From: Phoronis australis
Taxonomy: Eukaryota > Animalia > Phoronida
Direction: 5' to 3'
Assembly: GCA_002633005.1 (NCBI GenBank)
Contig: NMRA01000668.1
Coordinates: 62,001 to 126,000, forward strand
DNA: 64,000 bases
Of the stretch, positions 51,901 through 64,000 are shown piece after piece; position 1 is the first letter of the stretch; each line of letters begins with the position of its first letter. A program made the translations under genes and the position numbers. The notes under the pieces are model-generated. The model had not been told where the DNA came from, ran no database searches, and saw nothing but the letters and a program-made list of their open reading frames with translations.

Positions 51901-54113
51901 ATTTTTTCAAAACGAAAAAAAATTAAACCGAAAAAAATTGGTTCGACCCATATAAGTTCCCAGGTTCGACCGGCCTACGTAAGGAACTAAACACCAATGC
52001 TATTTTAACATACTAAGTACGCGTAACATTCCAAAAAAATCACCGACCACTAACTACAAACTATAAAAACACTACATATGCAAACGAATCACGAGATATT
52101 ACTAATACAACAAAATAATGAAGACTGTTTGAGCAAGGAAAAATGGCGGCGTTCAGGACAAGTTCCTGATGAGCCGGAAATGTGGTTACGGAAATAACCG
52201 ATGACAGCCTGTAATTATACGCTTACAGAGAAGGGTCAAATACTGTTAAAAATTGTTTTTGGCAAGAAAGGCGAAAAGAGTATAAAGAAAGGGTGTTGAA
52301 AATAAGATTTTATGTAGTAAGTATTTTTGGATACTGGAACCACATGGGCAGTTTGAGAGAAGGATTTTAAGGTGGGAATGCCAACTTATCTGAGATTAAT
52401 TTAACAAGACATAGGTCAAAATACGTTCTATTGTCCATATCTTTTTATTGTACAAACCAGCTTTAAATCTTATGTCGATTATTTTATCTGCGCTTTAATT
52501 TCTTCAATGTAAGCTCACAGAGAGCCTAACTTAAGTCCCTTGCTGCTTTGATTTTTCACATTACTGAGTTTTTGTAATATGACAAAATCTTGCTTGTTAG
52601 CGCTGAAATTCTTTATACTTGAGGTATAACGGATCATTCAACATGTTTTAGGAATTGTTTTTCTTTTAAGGTGGACCTTAGTACTGAACCATCCAAACAA
52701 TCACAGTCTACAAATGGAGGCAAGTCCCCATGTGTGCTTCCAGTGGAACACTGTGGGGTTTCCAATTTTTCTCTCTTGCCACTTTCAGAACGTTGGCAAG
52801 CAAAACGGATTACAAAAGGTATTCTTGAATCTGAACAACAAAAACAGTAGCAGCTAAAGTTCACAAAACCCGTGTTTTACAGAAAGATATGTATTTCGAA
52901 TTGAAAATACATTGTATTTCAAATCACATGTTGATATCCTATAACTAAATTGTACCCAACAGCATGTGACTCTATCTAGAACAATTGTTTGGAAAATGCA
53001 AAAACACTGAATTCAAACAACATAGGGGTACCTGGTTTTCTTTGCATTTATACAACTAACCTTCTTTGTTGCCTTATTGCATAACATTCAAAGCTTCATA
53101 TCAACGAGGACATTGCAACAGATGCCATTGTTGACGGTACGTTTTCTGTCAAATTTAGGTATGGTACTGTGTTTGGATTCTAAACACGAGTAAGTCCCAT
53201 TGAGAAACTGCAGAACATGCGACATGGTGCAGACAGATCGATAACTACCCATTTATATCACTGCATGTAATAAAAACATGAGAAGAAAAGATGGGTGTCA
53301 TAGCACTAACAGTTAATAACGTGACGAATGTTCTTGAAAAGTAACAACACCAACTGAAATTCAACCATCTAACATAAGCCAAGTTTAATATTCCAAGGAG
53401 AAAGATATCAGGTAGACATTTAACTGAAAGGACCCCAAGGGTCGTAGTTCGTGTGTATTGGACGAGTACCTGATGTTATTGAAAAATTGTTTGAAGTGTG
53501 ATTGATTCAATGTAAAATTGAGTTAAGCCTATGCAAAACTTGGTGGTTCTCATTTTTCCAAGATCCTGTGGTTTTACAATAAGAAAGCTGAATATGATAT
53601 GCAGTGGTGGAGTTCATTCAAAATAAAATAAACATTTAAAATTAACATACAGTATTTAACAGTCATAAAATAGCATTACACATTAATGATTCCTTAATGA
53701 AACTGTTAAAATATACCTTGTTACATGCAGTTGTTTCATTATTTATCAAACGTGCCTATAAAATCGTGACTTTGTACCAAAAGAGAATAGTTTAAATTTT
53801 CAGGAGATCCGTTTTTTTGTGTTCTAGGGCGAAAGTTAGGCCACTACCCAAATGAGGAGAATCTATAGCCAATGTCAATACAGACAAAGAAACTCATAAA
53901 TAGGTTACTAGCCAATGAAGATCCATATAGCTAGTAATGTCAACAGATAATGAAGCTCGATGAATTTTTGTCTGAAATTGACTTTCAGATAATTAATTTT
54001 CCCTGTGAGTTCTCGGACCACTACTTTATTGGTTCGTGATTTTAATGCCAGGACGACATGTCCCAATAACTGCTTATTTATATAAGCAGGACAGAACAAA
54101 TTATTATACTTAC

Positions 54114-54964
54114 TAGTAGTGGTACGCATCAAGCAGGCGTTTGGCCTGCTCGGAATTAGTGACCGACAGCTCACTTCTGAGAGATACCCAGCGATCGTAC
54201 TCTGTGCCCAAATCAATGCGTCAGCTTTCACTTACTTTCAGTTGCGCGTCTTTCCTTCTTTTCTCTCTGCCTGAGTCTGCAAAGGCCCTCTTATCTTGCC
54301 CACCTTCTCACTGTCAGCCATCTTGTCTCGTCGAGTCTTGTAAATACCTGTGGTTTTTTAACGCAGCACCTTCCTCAGACGTATAGTTTCTATGGGTAAT
54401 TACATGTATTTCAGATCAAGCATATGCGGTCGAATCTGCAGGAATGGTCCAAGCATGACAGGTCACAGTTTCAGGTACTAAGCACATATATAGCACAGTT
54501 ATGTCCAGGCATAATAATCGCAAGAAACACGAAGAAGTGACCAGAACACAATGGAGATCCATGTCAGATGTTACCGAGTACAGTTAATGTAACATTAAAC
54601 GAACACAATCATTAGCTCCATAACGGCACGAGGTATAAAGCACATTGGACGGCAAGATATTCACTCTACAGGACTGAACCGGTACTAACCTACGTGTACA
54701 GTATATCTTGTCACTGAGTCAGCTGTTCGTCAAAATTTACTGCATTTGTCATAAGTGGGAGGGAGATTTGAGATATATATGTGGTTACCACAATAATTTT
54801 TCTTCGTATATGTACTTCTTCCAAAAACCGTGAATTGTGTGATTTTTTCTTGAATTTCCTTCACAGGGCAAAGTGGATAACCCTGTAGCAGAGATTGCAA
54901 GAAGGTATTTTCGTTAGGGATCGTTTGAAACATATTTTCACGAGTTTTCGAATTCCATGCCACT
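54114..54964 (-). mobile_element. Kolobok-like 5' remnant with first transposase exon
   Basis: 54321-54114 reads MADSEKVAR../ADSGREKRRKDAQLKVSES*RIDLGTEYDRWVSLRSELSVTNSEQAKRLLDAYHY|GTAAGT. This resembles the RVNIGxAFxRWxxL...A.FLLDxY N-terminal motif I recall for Kolobok-type proteins. A candidate TTAA|AGTGGCATGG end lies at 54964; no partner end was found. Confidence 0.5.
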
Positions 54965-57149
54965 TTAAATCAAATGGAAAATCGGGCTATGTCGTGTTGG
55001 AAAATAGAAAAGTACATATGATAATATGTTAATTTCGCCGTGTGTTAAAAGGGGACTGGATGTTGAGAAAAAATCAAAACGGGGATAGTCAGCAAAGAGC
55101 CGGATAACTGGCTAGTAAAACGTATGTTCTCAGTAATACCTATCGGATTGGATTCTTGTGCAATCTAAATGTTTCATTTTCAGATTTAATGTAAAAGGTA
55201 AATGGTGCATATCACAATTACTGCTCAGAAATCGAATCAATAAAAAGTGTCTTAGCAACGGGTAATCATTGCTTTTCAAATATCCACGATTCCGAATAAA
55301 ATGAGTTTTTGAAGAAAAGTCATATGGGGTCCGACCAAATCTTGGCCTGGATTTCGAGTAAACTTTGAGCATCGTGGCAATTCTAGTGGCAGACCAGCAT
55401 TCATGTTTTATTGCTAACGCGGTTTAAATCCAGGTCTCACTACGTCGCGTTGTGTTTTGCTTGCTAATGGAAACGTGCGTGAGGTGGCACCATCTGGCGG
55501 CATGACGCAGATATTAGTTTTAGCTCGAGGAGACGTGTCCAGCTTTTTCTGATGTCCCGAGGAAATCGCTGGATACTTTGTGGTGAACAGTGCACGCTTT
55601 CTCGCCCACTTGCGTGCAAATTTTGATAACGTAAGAGTTGTCTAATGGTCAGCGTGTGGGCTGCAGAACACACTTTGGTAAGAACGTTTGTCGTATAATA
55701 TGACGTGGGAATAAGCAGGAAAATATAGTGTAGAAAGCAGTTACAGCAATCCCAAGCCGCAAAGAGATTTCTTAATAGATAGAACCGTATTCTTATCAGA
55801 AACTAATATGTCTGAACTGTTGACAGTGTTACACGTAGATTTCTTACCCTTGGTCACAACGCCACCTATTGACATCAATGAAGATGTAGCCCTTTGAAAT
55901 GAATCTGAACAACACACGGATTCTTGTCTGGGCGTCTTGGTTTAAACCATACGTTTACTGCGTAAGTCAACACTTGAGTGTACCAGTCGCCAGCCGACTA
56001 GAGCGACGTACACCTGTACTTTGTGAAAATGTAAACAATTGCCGTGGAATGCCAGTGGCTGATCTCGCTCCTGTTGAGGTTGTGCCGCGCATATGTGAGG
56101 CTGCTTGGCATTAGTTTGTTCCGGTGTGTATACCTGCCATGGAATTTATTGTCACTAAAACTTTTCACAACTGCGCCGTTTTTCTACCGAATTACAAAAG
56201 AACCAAATCATTAGAAAGCTCTTTGACAGTTCTTGTTGATTATACCTGAAGCAAAGGATACATCTAAAAACAAAGAGTGTTACCAAGATGCGAAAATGAC
56301 AGCATGTAATAGTAACACGAAAATGAAATGAAACATAGAGGTTAAATAATTGACTAGTTTAGAATATGAATCCCTCACATTTACTGAGGATAATTTAGTC
56401 AGGCATTCATCTAAAATTATACATCTTTATATATCATAACTAATTGGAACTTTGGTGCCCTTTACAATTACATATTTCGGTAAAAAACAGAATGCTTTTC
56501 CACTGTACGAAAGACGCAATAAACTACTTCAAGTATCTATCAGAACTGTGCAGATGAAGGGTTGCCGACAGATAATGGCCAAACACCTATAAAGTAGATT
56601 TGAAATGTACTGTCTGAAGATAATCACATTGGTTGCAGTATACTAAATTTAGGAACTGTTTTCTTCGGAAGTAAAACTGCCGTGTATATTACTGTAAACA
56701 AGAGTTATTGGATCACATTTTGAGGTTGTTATTTTACTAAAGAAAGTACATGTAAACTCTGGAAAAAACAATATTTATAAAAAAGAGACACTATTATTTT
56801 AAACACCTGTTGCATAGTTGTCATGGTCAACATTCGAGAAGGAGAACGGGAATAACCTGATTCAAAAGCGGGTGAAAAGTTCACTGCACCACACAAAGAC
56901 GTAGCGACAGCATTTGTAGTCCTCATTAAAATCGGCTTGCATATCAAGTATCTCCATACCATAACCATTAGTTATCATCACGTGCGCTTTACAACACATA
57001 TTTATCATACATAGGTGATGTTAAGCCGTGAAGTAAATGTCTGATCACACCGTAGTTTCTCTAGAGAAGAATATCCCTGGCCGAAGGGCAAGGCCTACGG
57101 TATTAGGCGGAGTCTATCAGAATTCCGGTAATTGTTTAACTCATGTTCT

Positions 57150-57208
57150 TATACATACATACATACATACATACATAAATACATAAATACATAAATACAT
57201 ACATATAT
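57150..57208. repeat. (ATAC)n microsatellite
   Basis: Direct reading. Confidence 0.95.
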
Positions 57209-59431
57209 GTATGAGCAAAGTATGTATATGCATATGTCTCCCGATTCTGCACTGTGTGTTTTTGTCACTATACATCAAGACGTGTTTTGGTCGTGAAAGA
57301 CCGGTCCGAAAATCCTCCCCTCATTTTCGGGTCGGTCGACATTTCTGAGTAAGCCGCATGCCTTTGTTTGGCCAGTAACATGCGAGTTCACGTTTAAAAC
57401 ACATTAGCTGATTGCGTTAAGATAAGAATTACCTAACGAAACAACACTTCTGTTTTCACTTTTTTGCTCTTCTGATGGATTTAAACTAATAACAAATTCA
57501 AAATCGTCGTAAAATTATGACCTCTTCGTAAATATCGGTGAAGTTTTATCTGAGGTCGCTTCGGTCAGAACAGCCGAGTTTGAAGTAACTTTTAGTATTA
57601 TTACGCTGTAAAGGAGTTTCCTTTGTTTTGAATTTTATAGCCGTTAAAAATTCAATTTACACTTAGAATTCCAAAGTAAACACAAAGACATTAGCGTGCA
57701 ATATCAGTAAATCTGAGTTAAAATTCTTGAGAAAGTAACAAATTTTACGAATTTATGAATCCGCAACTGTCTAATTTGCATTATACCACAGTATTCTAAG
57801 TAACCCGTTCTTTTGGGTGTCGTGATCACCTGTATGAAATGTAGAGTTTCGTCGTATTTATGCCGTTTCAAAAGGAGAGCCACGGGTGACCGTATTCAAG
57901 CACATACATTTTTGTCTTAAAGCAAAATTCCCGATAAAAATTGACGCTAATTTCAAGAGCTAGCGTTTTTTGTCGGAAGTCATGGCGAAAATCCGGAAGA
58001 AAATTGGATGAAAAATGACGCTAAAATTGTTGAAAAGTTATCGAAAGTTTTTGCTTAAAAACTCCTTCTTTTTTCACGAGAATAACGTGACCTTTTTAAG
58101 ACCACCACATTACGATCAATGCCTTTACGGTGGTTCGACCGCCACATTACTGTGCCATCCACAAACATGCATGTGTTACAAGTTCTGAATCCGTGTTCGT
58201 TAAAAACGAATTGTGGACAGAGCGAAAATACGCTATGGACGATAGGTACTATATAATGCGACTCGATTGTGCTTTTCATGAACCTTCTAATTCTTTATAC
58301 ATTTGGTTAACTAAACCGACTTGTCGAAAAAGTGCTGTACTGTATAAAGTTAATGCCGCCGACAAAAATAAAAGTTTCATATGTGAAGGATGCATGCGCG
58401 CACCCGGAGGGGGGTCGGGAGGCTCGAAAAAGCCCCCCCATTTGGCCAAGTGGACATAAAAGTCCGCCACAGTGAAACAAAAAGTCCTAGAAAATGAGAC
58501 AAAAGTCCACTCAAAAGGCGCCGACGCGCATTTTACAGTTTTTAAGGGGGTACCCCCCTTTTTAGTCCACCCACTATTTTTTAGCAAACGGTAGACCTCG
58601 TCTGAAATTCGAGACCCCTGTATTAAGGTTAGGTGTGTGCATGTGTTGTGTTCACGTCTCACCATTCACTTAAAAATAGTTCCATTGCCAGACCAGGCGC
58701 AGTTTTATTTATTGCTGTCGCAGCCGAGTGGGTAACGCACAATTGAAATCACTGATAAAAGCATGTCAAGTTTATAGTTCCTGAAACCCCTGAGAGTCTA
58801 TTACGATCATTTCATATTGTGTTATAATTGAAAACACCTTACAAATGCCAAGTGAACAAAATACACAACACAAATCATAAATACATCCATTAACAACCAT
58901 CTAATATATTCATTTTAACAGACTTGATGGAAATAAAGGTGGAAAATGTTTTAAATATGCAAACACACGCAACCTAAACAATACAGCGACCTCCTTTGGT
59001 CAAATAGTTATTCATTAAAATGAGTCGTTTGTATATTGAACATATCACTACGCCAAACACGGAAATCAATCACCGTGTTGTATTTACTAAATAAAGGTAA
59101 ATAAAATTGTTAATAGTTATAACAAATTTCATGATAGTCTTTTACTGATTCATTGAAATTTTACAAGTAATTCTCATCTTTAACACAACGTCTTGTTTTG
59201 ATCGTCTGCTCAACCTACTGCCGGTCCGATACTACGGTAGTACAAGTAGCAAAAGACTATTTGCCATTTAAATCATTATTTGATATTAAATTTGTTCCGT
59301 ATTTTGATTTGTTTAAAATTGCTGGTATTTTGCATGGAATAAACACACTCTTTATAAGTTCAATTTCCTTCGCATTTCCGTAACGACATGTAAACAGATG
59401 CTGCTGCCTAACCCTGCGACGATTCGTTTAA

Positions 59432-60543
59432 ATCACAGGCGCTTGGGTTTATGGCAAATGACGTCACTCAATAATAAATATAAGAAAACATAAAGATTGG
59501 ACACTTAAACTTTGCCAAGCCGAGGCTCCCAACTTCAACCGTCCAAAATCCAAATAAAATCTGCCTTCACCTCCCTCAGTCTGATGTTGCATAAACCTTC
59601 GAAGCCTTATCTTTACTAGATCCCATTAACTGTCTTCGTGAGTGGTGAATTGGCGATGGAATTTCCAAAACAATCTCAAAACTCTGAATTCAAAAACATG
59701 AAATAGTAAACATGGCGGATTTCAGTTGTGCTTCAACTTGTACGCCTGTCGTAGGTGAAACTTCGAGTTTGCGCAAGCAACCTATATTTCAAATTCAATA
59801 ATTCTAATTTAAAACTCAACTAATTGAGAATGTTAAAGTTAGTATTTTAATGATTATTTGTATCTTTATTCCACTGACGGCTCATTTTAGCCCTTAACTT
59901 AGATTTTTATTACATAAACTGGCGTATCTTGTTTCTCATCTTGACATCACGCACTTTTTTGATTGAAGCACAACACACACGGCGAGGAAAAGCAGTCCGT
60001 GCAAGTATTACAATGCGCGTGGCCGACCAGTTAACTCAATGGTTTTGGCCAAAAGTAAAATCTTCATAAGAAATCACAGTACACAAAAAAACTTCGCATA
60101 TCAATACAGTATCAGGATAATTTATATTTGACACAAATATGTGAGTAATTACATTTATTTGGAAATATAGTGCTCTCTGCTTCTCAGGATCAAGTAGTCG
60201 ATGGATTGACGGCGAAAGCCGCGCGAAATTAGACTTTCGGATTTAGCTCGGGAGCGTCCGTCATGTGCGAAGACCGTCTGCCATGACATCACGGAATCAC
60301 TTCCTTGAATTTGTGATTTGGGTATTCTTTTGGCATTTTTTTCGCCAAATCACCACTTGAAGGGAATTTGAAGAGATCGAATGAAAGAAAGTCTTCTAAA
60401 GTTGTTCGGTGCTAGTTTCGTGGAGTTCCATGCACACTTGAGTAGAAAATTCTGAGCAAACAGATTTTGAGTGTCTAACCTTTATGTTTCCTTATATATA
60501 TTATTGTGTGACGTCCTTTGCGATAAACCCAAGCGCCTGTGGT
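59432..60543. mobile_element. 1.1-kb non-autonomous DNA transposon, ~75-bp TIRs, TTAA-flanked
   Basis: A(T/C)CACAGGCGCTTGGGTTTAT(G/C)GCAAA(T/G)GACGTCAC...AAACATAAAG.TT.GACACT occurs in inverted orientation at both ends. TTAA at 59428-59431 and 60544-60547. Confidence 0.88.
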
Positions 60544-60615
60544 TTAAATGCGCATTTTAAGAATAGTTCAAGCAACATGAATATATATATATATAAATAT
60601 ATATATATATACACA

Positions 60616-61300
60616 CACAAAACGTACCGAGAGTGGCGTACATGAAGTAATATCCCACCTGACATTATAATGCCGAGTGGGATATTACTTCATGTACGGC
60701 AATAGAGGTACGCTTTGTATTTATCCCATACGCTTCGAATTCCGTTTACATTTTTTTGGCAGATTGTTCACATGGCGGATGACATCCTATATGTACTTCC
60801 GCGTTAGGTTGCAAGTTTTCTCTTGCAAAAGAAACAGTTTTAAAAGTAACAATTTATTTCTTGAAAAGAGGTAACAAAAATGAAAACAATGGAAACTGTG
60901 CAGTGAACTTGTATCATCTCCTGGAAATAGTTAAAACACAACAATATTTGATATTGTAGTTTCCTAGGAATCGGCGCCTGAGTTGCAGACGATATATATG
61001 TAGTATTCAGCAATTGAAAACTGAGACATGAGTGTCATATAATTAACAGTTTTGTTCCAGATTTTACGTTTAGGGCCTGGTTGCATGTCGAGTGTTAGTT
61101 ACGCTGCTGCAACTGTATTACTTTAAACTATATTCGGAAAATTTGATGATCGAACCGGCAGAAGACGTCGAGTCGACATTGACCTACCTTTTGAACTTTC
61201 CATGTCAGAGGTCACTGTTGAAGTAGTGTGGGAGGTGAATACGGAAAACTTTATTACATGACCGTACTTCCCTCGACAGATTCAACGCGTAAGGGATAAA
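60616..61300 (+). repeat. Dispersed repeat copy 2, with a perfect 21-bp hairpin
   Basis: GTACATGAAGTAATATCCCAC (60638-60658) / GTGGGATATTACTTCATGTAC (60677-60697). TTTATCCC (60720) and GGGATAAA (61293) form a short inverted pair. Confidence 0.85.
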
Positions 61301-61898
61301 GTAATGTATACGATATCTTCACACGGAAATGTTAGAACTTTGTATCAAACAAGCTTTTGAATAATATATAAACAATAGATAAACACAAGTGCATATATTT
61401 AAACATGGAGGGTACGTGTTTCTCTACTAAATCAGTCAATATCTTCGGCTAGATTCCAAATAGTATGCTACGAAGAGCGTTTGGAAAAGCAGTTTAACTA
61501 ATATAGCCGCGTCTGGCTACAAGGATGAATTGAAAGGTATAACTAAACAGGCCGGTTGTATAACACACTTTATTCGGTCCAGCATTGGCAAGCGATAGAG
61601 TTACAGGCAATGAAAAAGTGTCCGAACAAGCCTTTAAAGAGATACCAAAGAAGCGTTGAAAAATAGATACTGATGAAGCGTTGAAAAAGTGAAACCGAAC
61701 AAGCGGTTATCTGCATTAAAGAAAAATCACAGTCCGAATATTCGGCAAAGGAGCGTAATTAATTAACAAACGCTATATACATGTACCAGAGCGTTAGAAA
61801 GACCCGCGACAATGACTCGATATCACAGGCCTAACAAATACTACCTAACTAACAAAACACAATTAACTGGAACCCTACGTCATTTTTCATTCATGCTT

Positions 61899-62868
61899 TC
61901 AGATCCCATGCTCACGAAGCTTGTCTTCAATTTCAAATAAGTTGTCCTCCAGGTCATGAGCCAAAGCCTTCAGTGTTTGAGCCAACGATGACCTTTCTTT
62001 CTTTGCAAGCGATTTCGCGGACGTGACTAGCGTGTAGATATCGAGGGGGAGCACAATAATGCTGAAAACCCCGCCGGCAATGTGAAGTCCACGAGTCACT
62101 TGACCCGATGCTCTGAAGATGGTGGCCGCGACTTCGACCCAACATCGGTGGCTAGGGTTACAACCGTCTTAACTACGTCTCCCAAAGACTTACCAACAAT
62201 GGCCGTTCCTCTGACGCTTGTGAGCACGTTCTCAGTATAATTACACTTCTCATTTTCTGAGGTCTTCCTGATGCCTGGATTGCTGTTTTCTGGAAGCAAG
62301 GAGATCAACTCCAGCAGCTGATCCACGAGAAGTTTATCTGTTTCAAACAGTTGGATTTGTTTCTTTTTATACCTCTTATTTTGAATAATGTCGCCAATAG
62401 ATGCTCCGAAGCTGGTCACTCCTCCTGAACCAGCTATGGTAGCGCCGACTATCGCCACAATTGCAGCTGCTCCAAGCATGAAAAAGAGGCTATGAATCCC
62501 CCAACTGTTAGTCCTGCCCCGATTATGGACACGGAAGCCCCTGCAGTCTTTGCTATATGGACGTCTTTGTGATTTGCTTTCAATTCGTTCACCATTTGTC
62601 TGAGCGTTTGGATGATCTGAAGTCTTGTTACAACCATTTCTTTTCCAGTTTCTTGTGTCAGATATCTGATTTCGTCATGTGTCATGCTGGAAAACGCCTT
62701 CTTGCTCCACCTGCGAAAATCATAATCTGTATATTGTTATCGTGAACATTTAAAGAGCTATGGAATTCTTACAGACCCACATAGGTGTACAGAAACTTTG
62801 CCACGCCTATCTGATCTTGAATAATTGAGCCGACAATTCAAGTCCCAAGCACTGCGTGCACTTGTCAT
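61899..62868 (-). pseudogene. Apolipoprotein L-like gene with single-base frameshifts (pseudogene or assembly errors)
   Basis: Three consecutive ORFs join into ..NELKANHKDVHIAKTAGASVSIIGAGLTVGGFIASF|MLGAAAIVAIVGATIAGSGGVTSFGASIGD...DVG|VEVAATIFRASGQVTRGLHIAGGVFSIIVLPLDIYTLVTSAKSLAKKERSSLAQTLKALAHDLE. This is the ApoL pattern of a Gly/Ala-rich hairpin and a C-terminal DIxxLV..S..A..L...A..LE helix. Acceptor TTTTCGCAG before 62710, putative 62-nt intron at 62772-62711, and AATAAA at 61573-61568. Confidence 0.8.
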
Positions 62869-64000
62869 TTTCAGCTTCGCAATAAAATTTGAAGGTGTAT
62901 CTCGAGTCAAAGTTGTTGCTGGTAACAAACACACAATATCATTACAGTCAGAAAAATTGCAAAACCGATCAGAGTAGGCCTAAATGTAAAAGGTCAAAAT
63001 GCTTTTCTTTATTAGTCATCTAAACCAGAGAAATATGTCGCTCAATTGCAAGCGTAACGCAGCAAAATGTTGATACAATCGCTACAATCGTGTGCAACTG
63101 TTCTAGATACAAGTTGTGCCAACAATGTCGACACTTGTCGCCAAGTTAATGGCGAGAAAGTGACAAGTTTTCGAGAAGCACTCATACGCGAGACAGTTAC
63201 ATCTCTACACGAGTAACGTACTTGAGATCTCTTTGTAGAGTACGCGCCGTGCCTTCTTTCTGGGTACGTGTACCCATTCGCCGCTAATCAGATTATTCAG
63301 CAACAATCACTCACTGCATACTTTAAAATAGTTTTAATGACGAATAATTTGGTGCTGATAAAGTACGTCCTAAGCAGCTGTCTGACTGAACAAAAGCATT
63401 ATGGAGACTGAAAGGTCACAACACAAGTAACACGTTCAAACCTGAGAACACGATGTGGCTGGTGAAGTTGCACCAACACTTCTTCTGGTTTCATTTTGTC
63501 TGACGCACTGACTCGTTCCCGATGTCTGTTGGTTTACAATGTACAAACGGCCTTTAAGTCTGGCAAGCGTTTATAAGAACTAAAACTCGGGAATTCCCGC
63601 TCTAAATCGATAAATACGTCATTTTGTGTTCATCTGCTTGCCAACCATGTGTAGCCAGGTAGGGGGAGCAGGGTGTAGGCCGATTCACAAATCACGGACG
63701 CCAATCTGACTTCTTCATAATAAATAAATCATCGCTTCCTGTAACAAGTAAAGACTTTGAACGAGGTGATTTCACGATCAATGAAAATAATAAAACAACA
63801 TTTCACGCATCAGAAAATATCCTTTAACCCCCAAAATAATAGACTGTCTCACGATCCAAGATTATAAATTGGAAAATACTGAATCTTTTGCAAAGATCGC
63901 CGGATTAATTTGACACAGGAAATTGACTTAAGCTTCACACTGATGTTGGACTCGACCTGGGGGGTATTCGACTATTTTATTTCAACTTGGGGTGTAGCTG

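Noticed and set aside
52166-52196. CTGATGAG...GAAA hammerhead candidate
   Set aside because: Stem II is not adjacent to GAAA and there are no stems I/III.
52671-52818. 148-nt plus-strand exon candidate (VDLSTEPSKQSQSTNGGKSPCVLPVEHC..)
   Set aside because: Good acceptor but weak donor (gtattc), no recognisable domain and no linked exons.
57070-57210. Hairpin plus (ATAC)n as the end of another HINE
   Set aside because: The hairpin is imperfect and no matching opposite end was found.

Overview
This is AT-rich, repeat-dense eukaryotic DNA from an invertebrate animal. The repeat repertoire suggests a marine lophotrochozoan such as a mollusc, but that is inference only. The assembly is a draft: a 773-N gap at 5292-6064, isolated n bases, and a 548-nt poly-G run that is probably an artefact. 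Host genes: (i) an intact intronless class-A GPCR at 40156-41154 (-) with unusual motif substitutions; (ii) an apolipoprotein-L-like gene at 61899-62868 (-) broken by single-base indels; (iii) a candidate TATA-driven small secreted-peptide gene at ~10483-13960 (+), built from short exons that the ORF track misses. Most other recognisable sequence is transposon-derived. It includes three L1/Tx1-clade LINE remnants, one lacking its RT, and two Penelope 3' fragments carrying hammerhead-like motifs. There is a tandem array of Helentron/HINE-type units with a 433-bp internal period, interrupted by a CATG-ended TIR element with a 2-bp TSD. A Gmr1-type Gypsy element (integrase before RT) hosts three nested insertions: Penelope, a tRNA-SINE and a DIRS/Ngaro-like element. 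Kolobok-like, Harbinger-like and ISL2EU-like DNA transposon remnants and several dispersed or tandem repeats make up the rest. All calls come from manual reading and translation; no database searches were run, and I found no clear novel multi-gene system.
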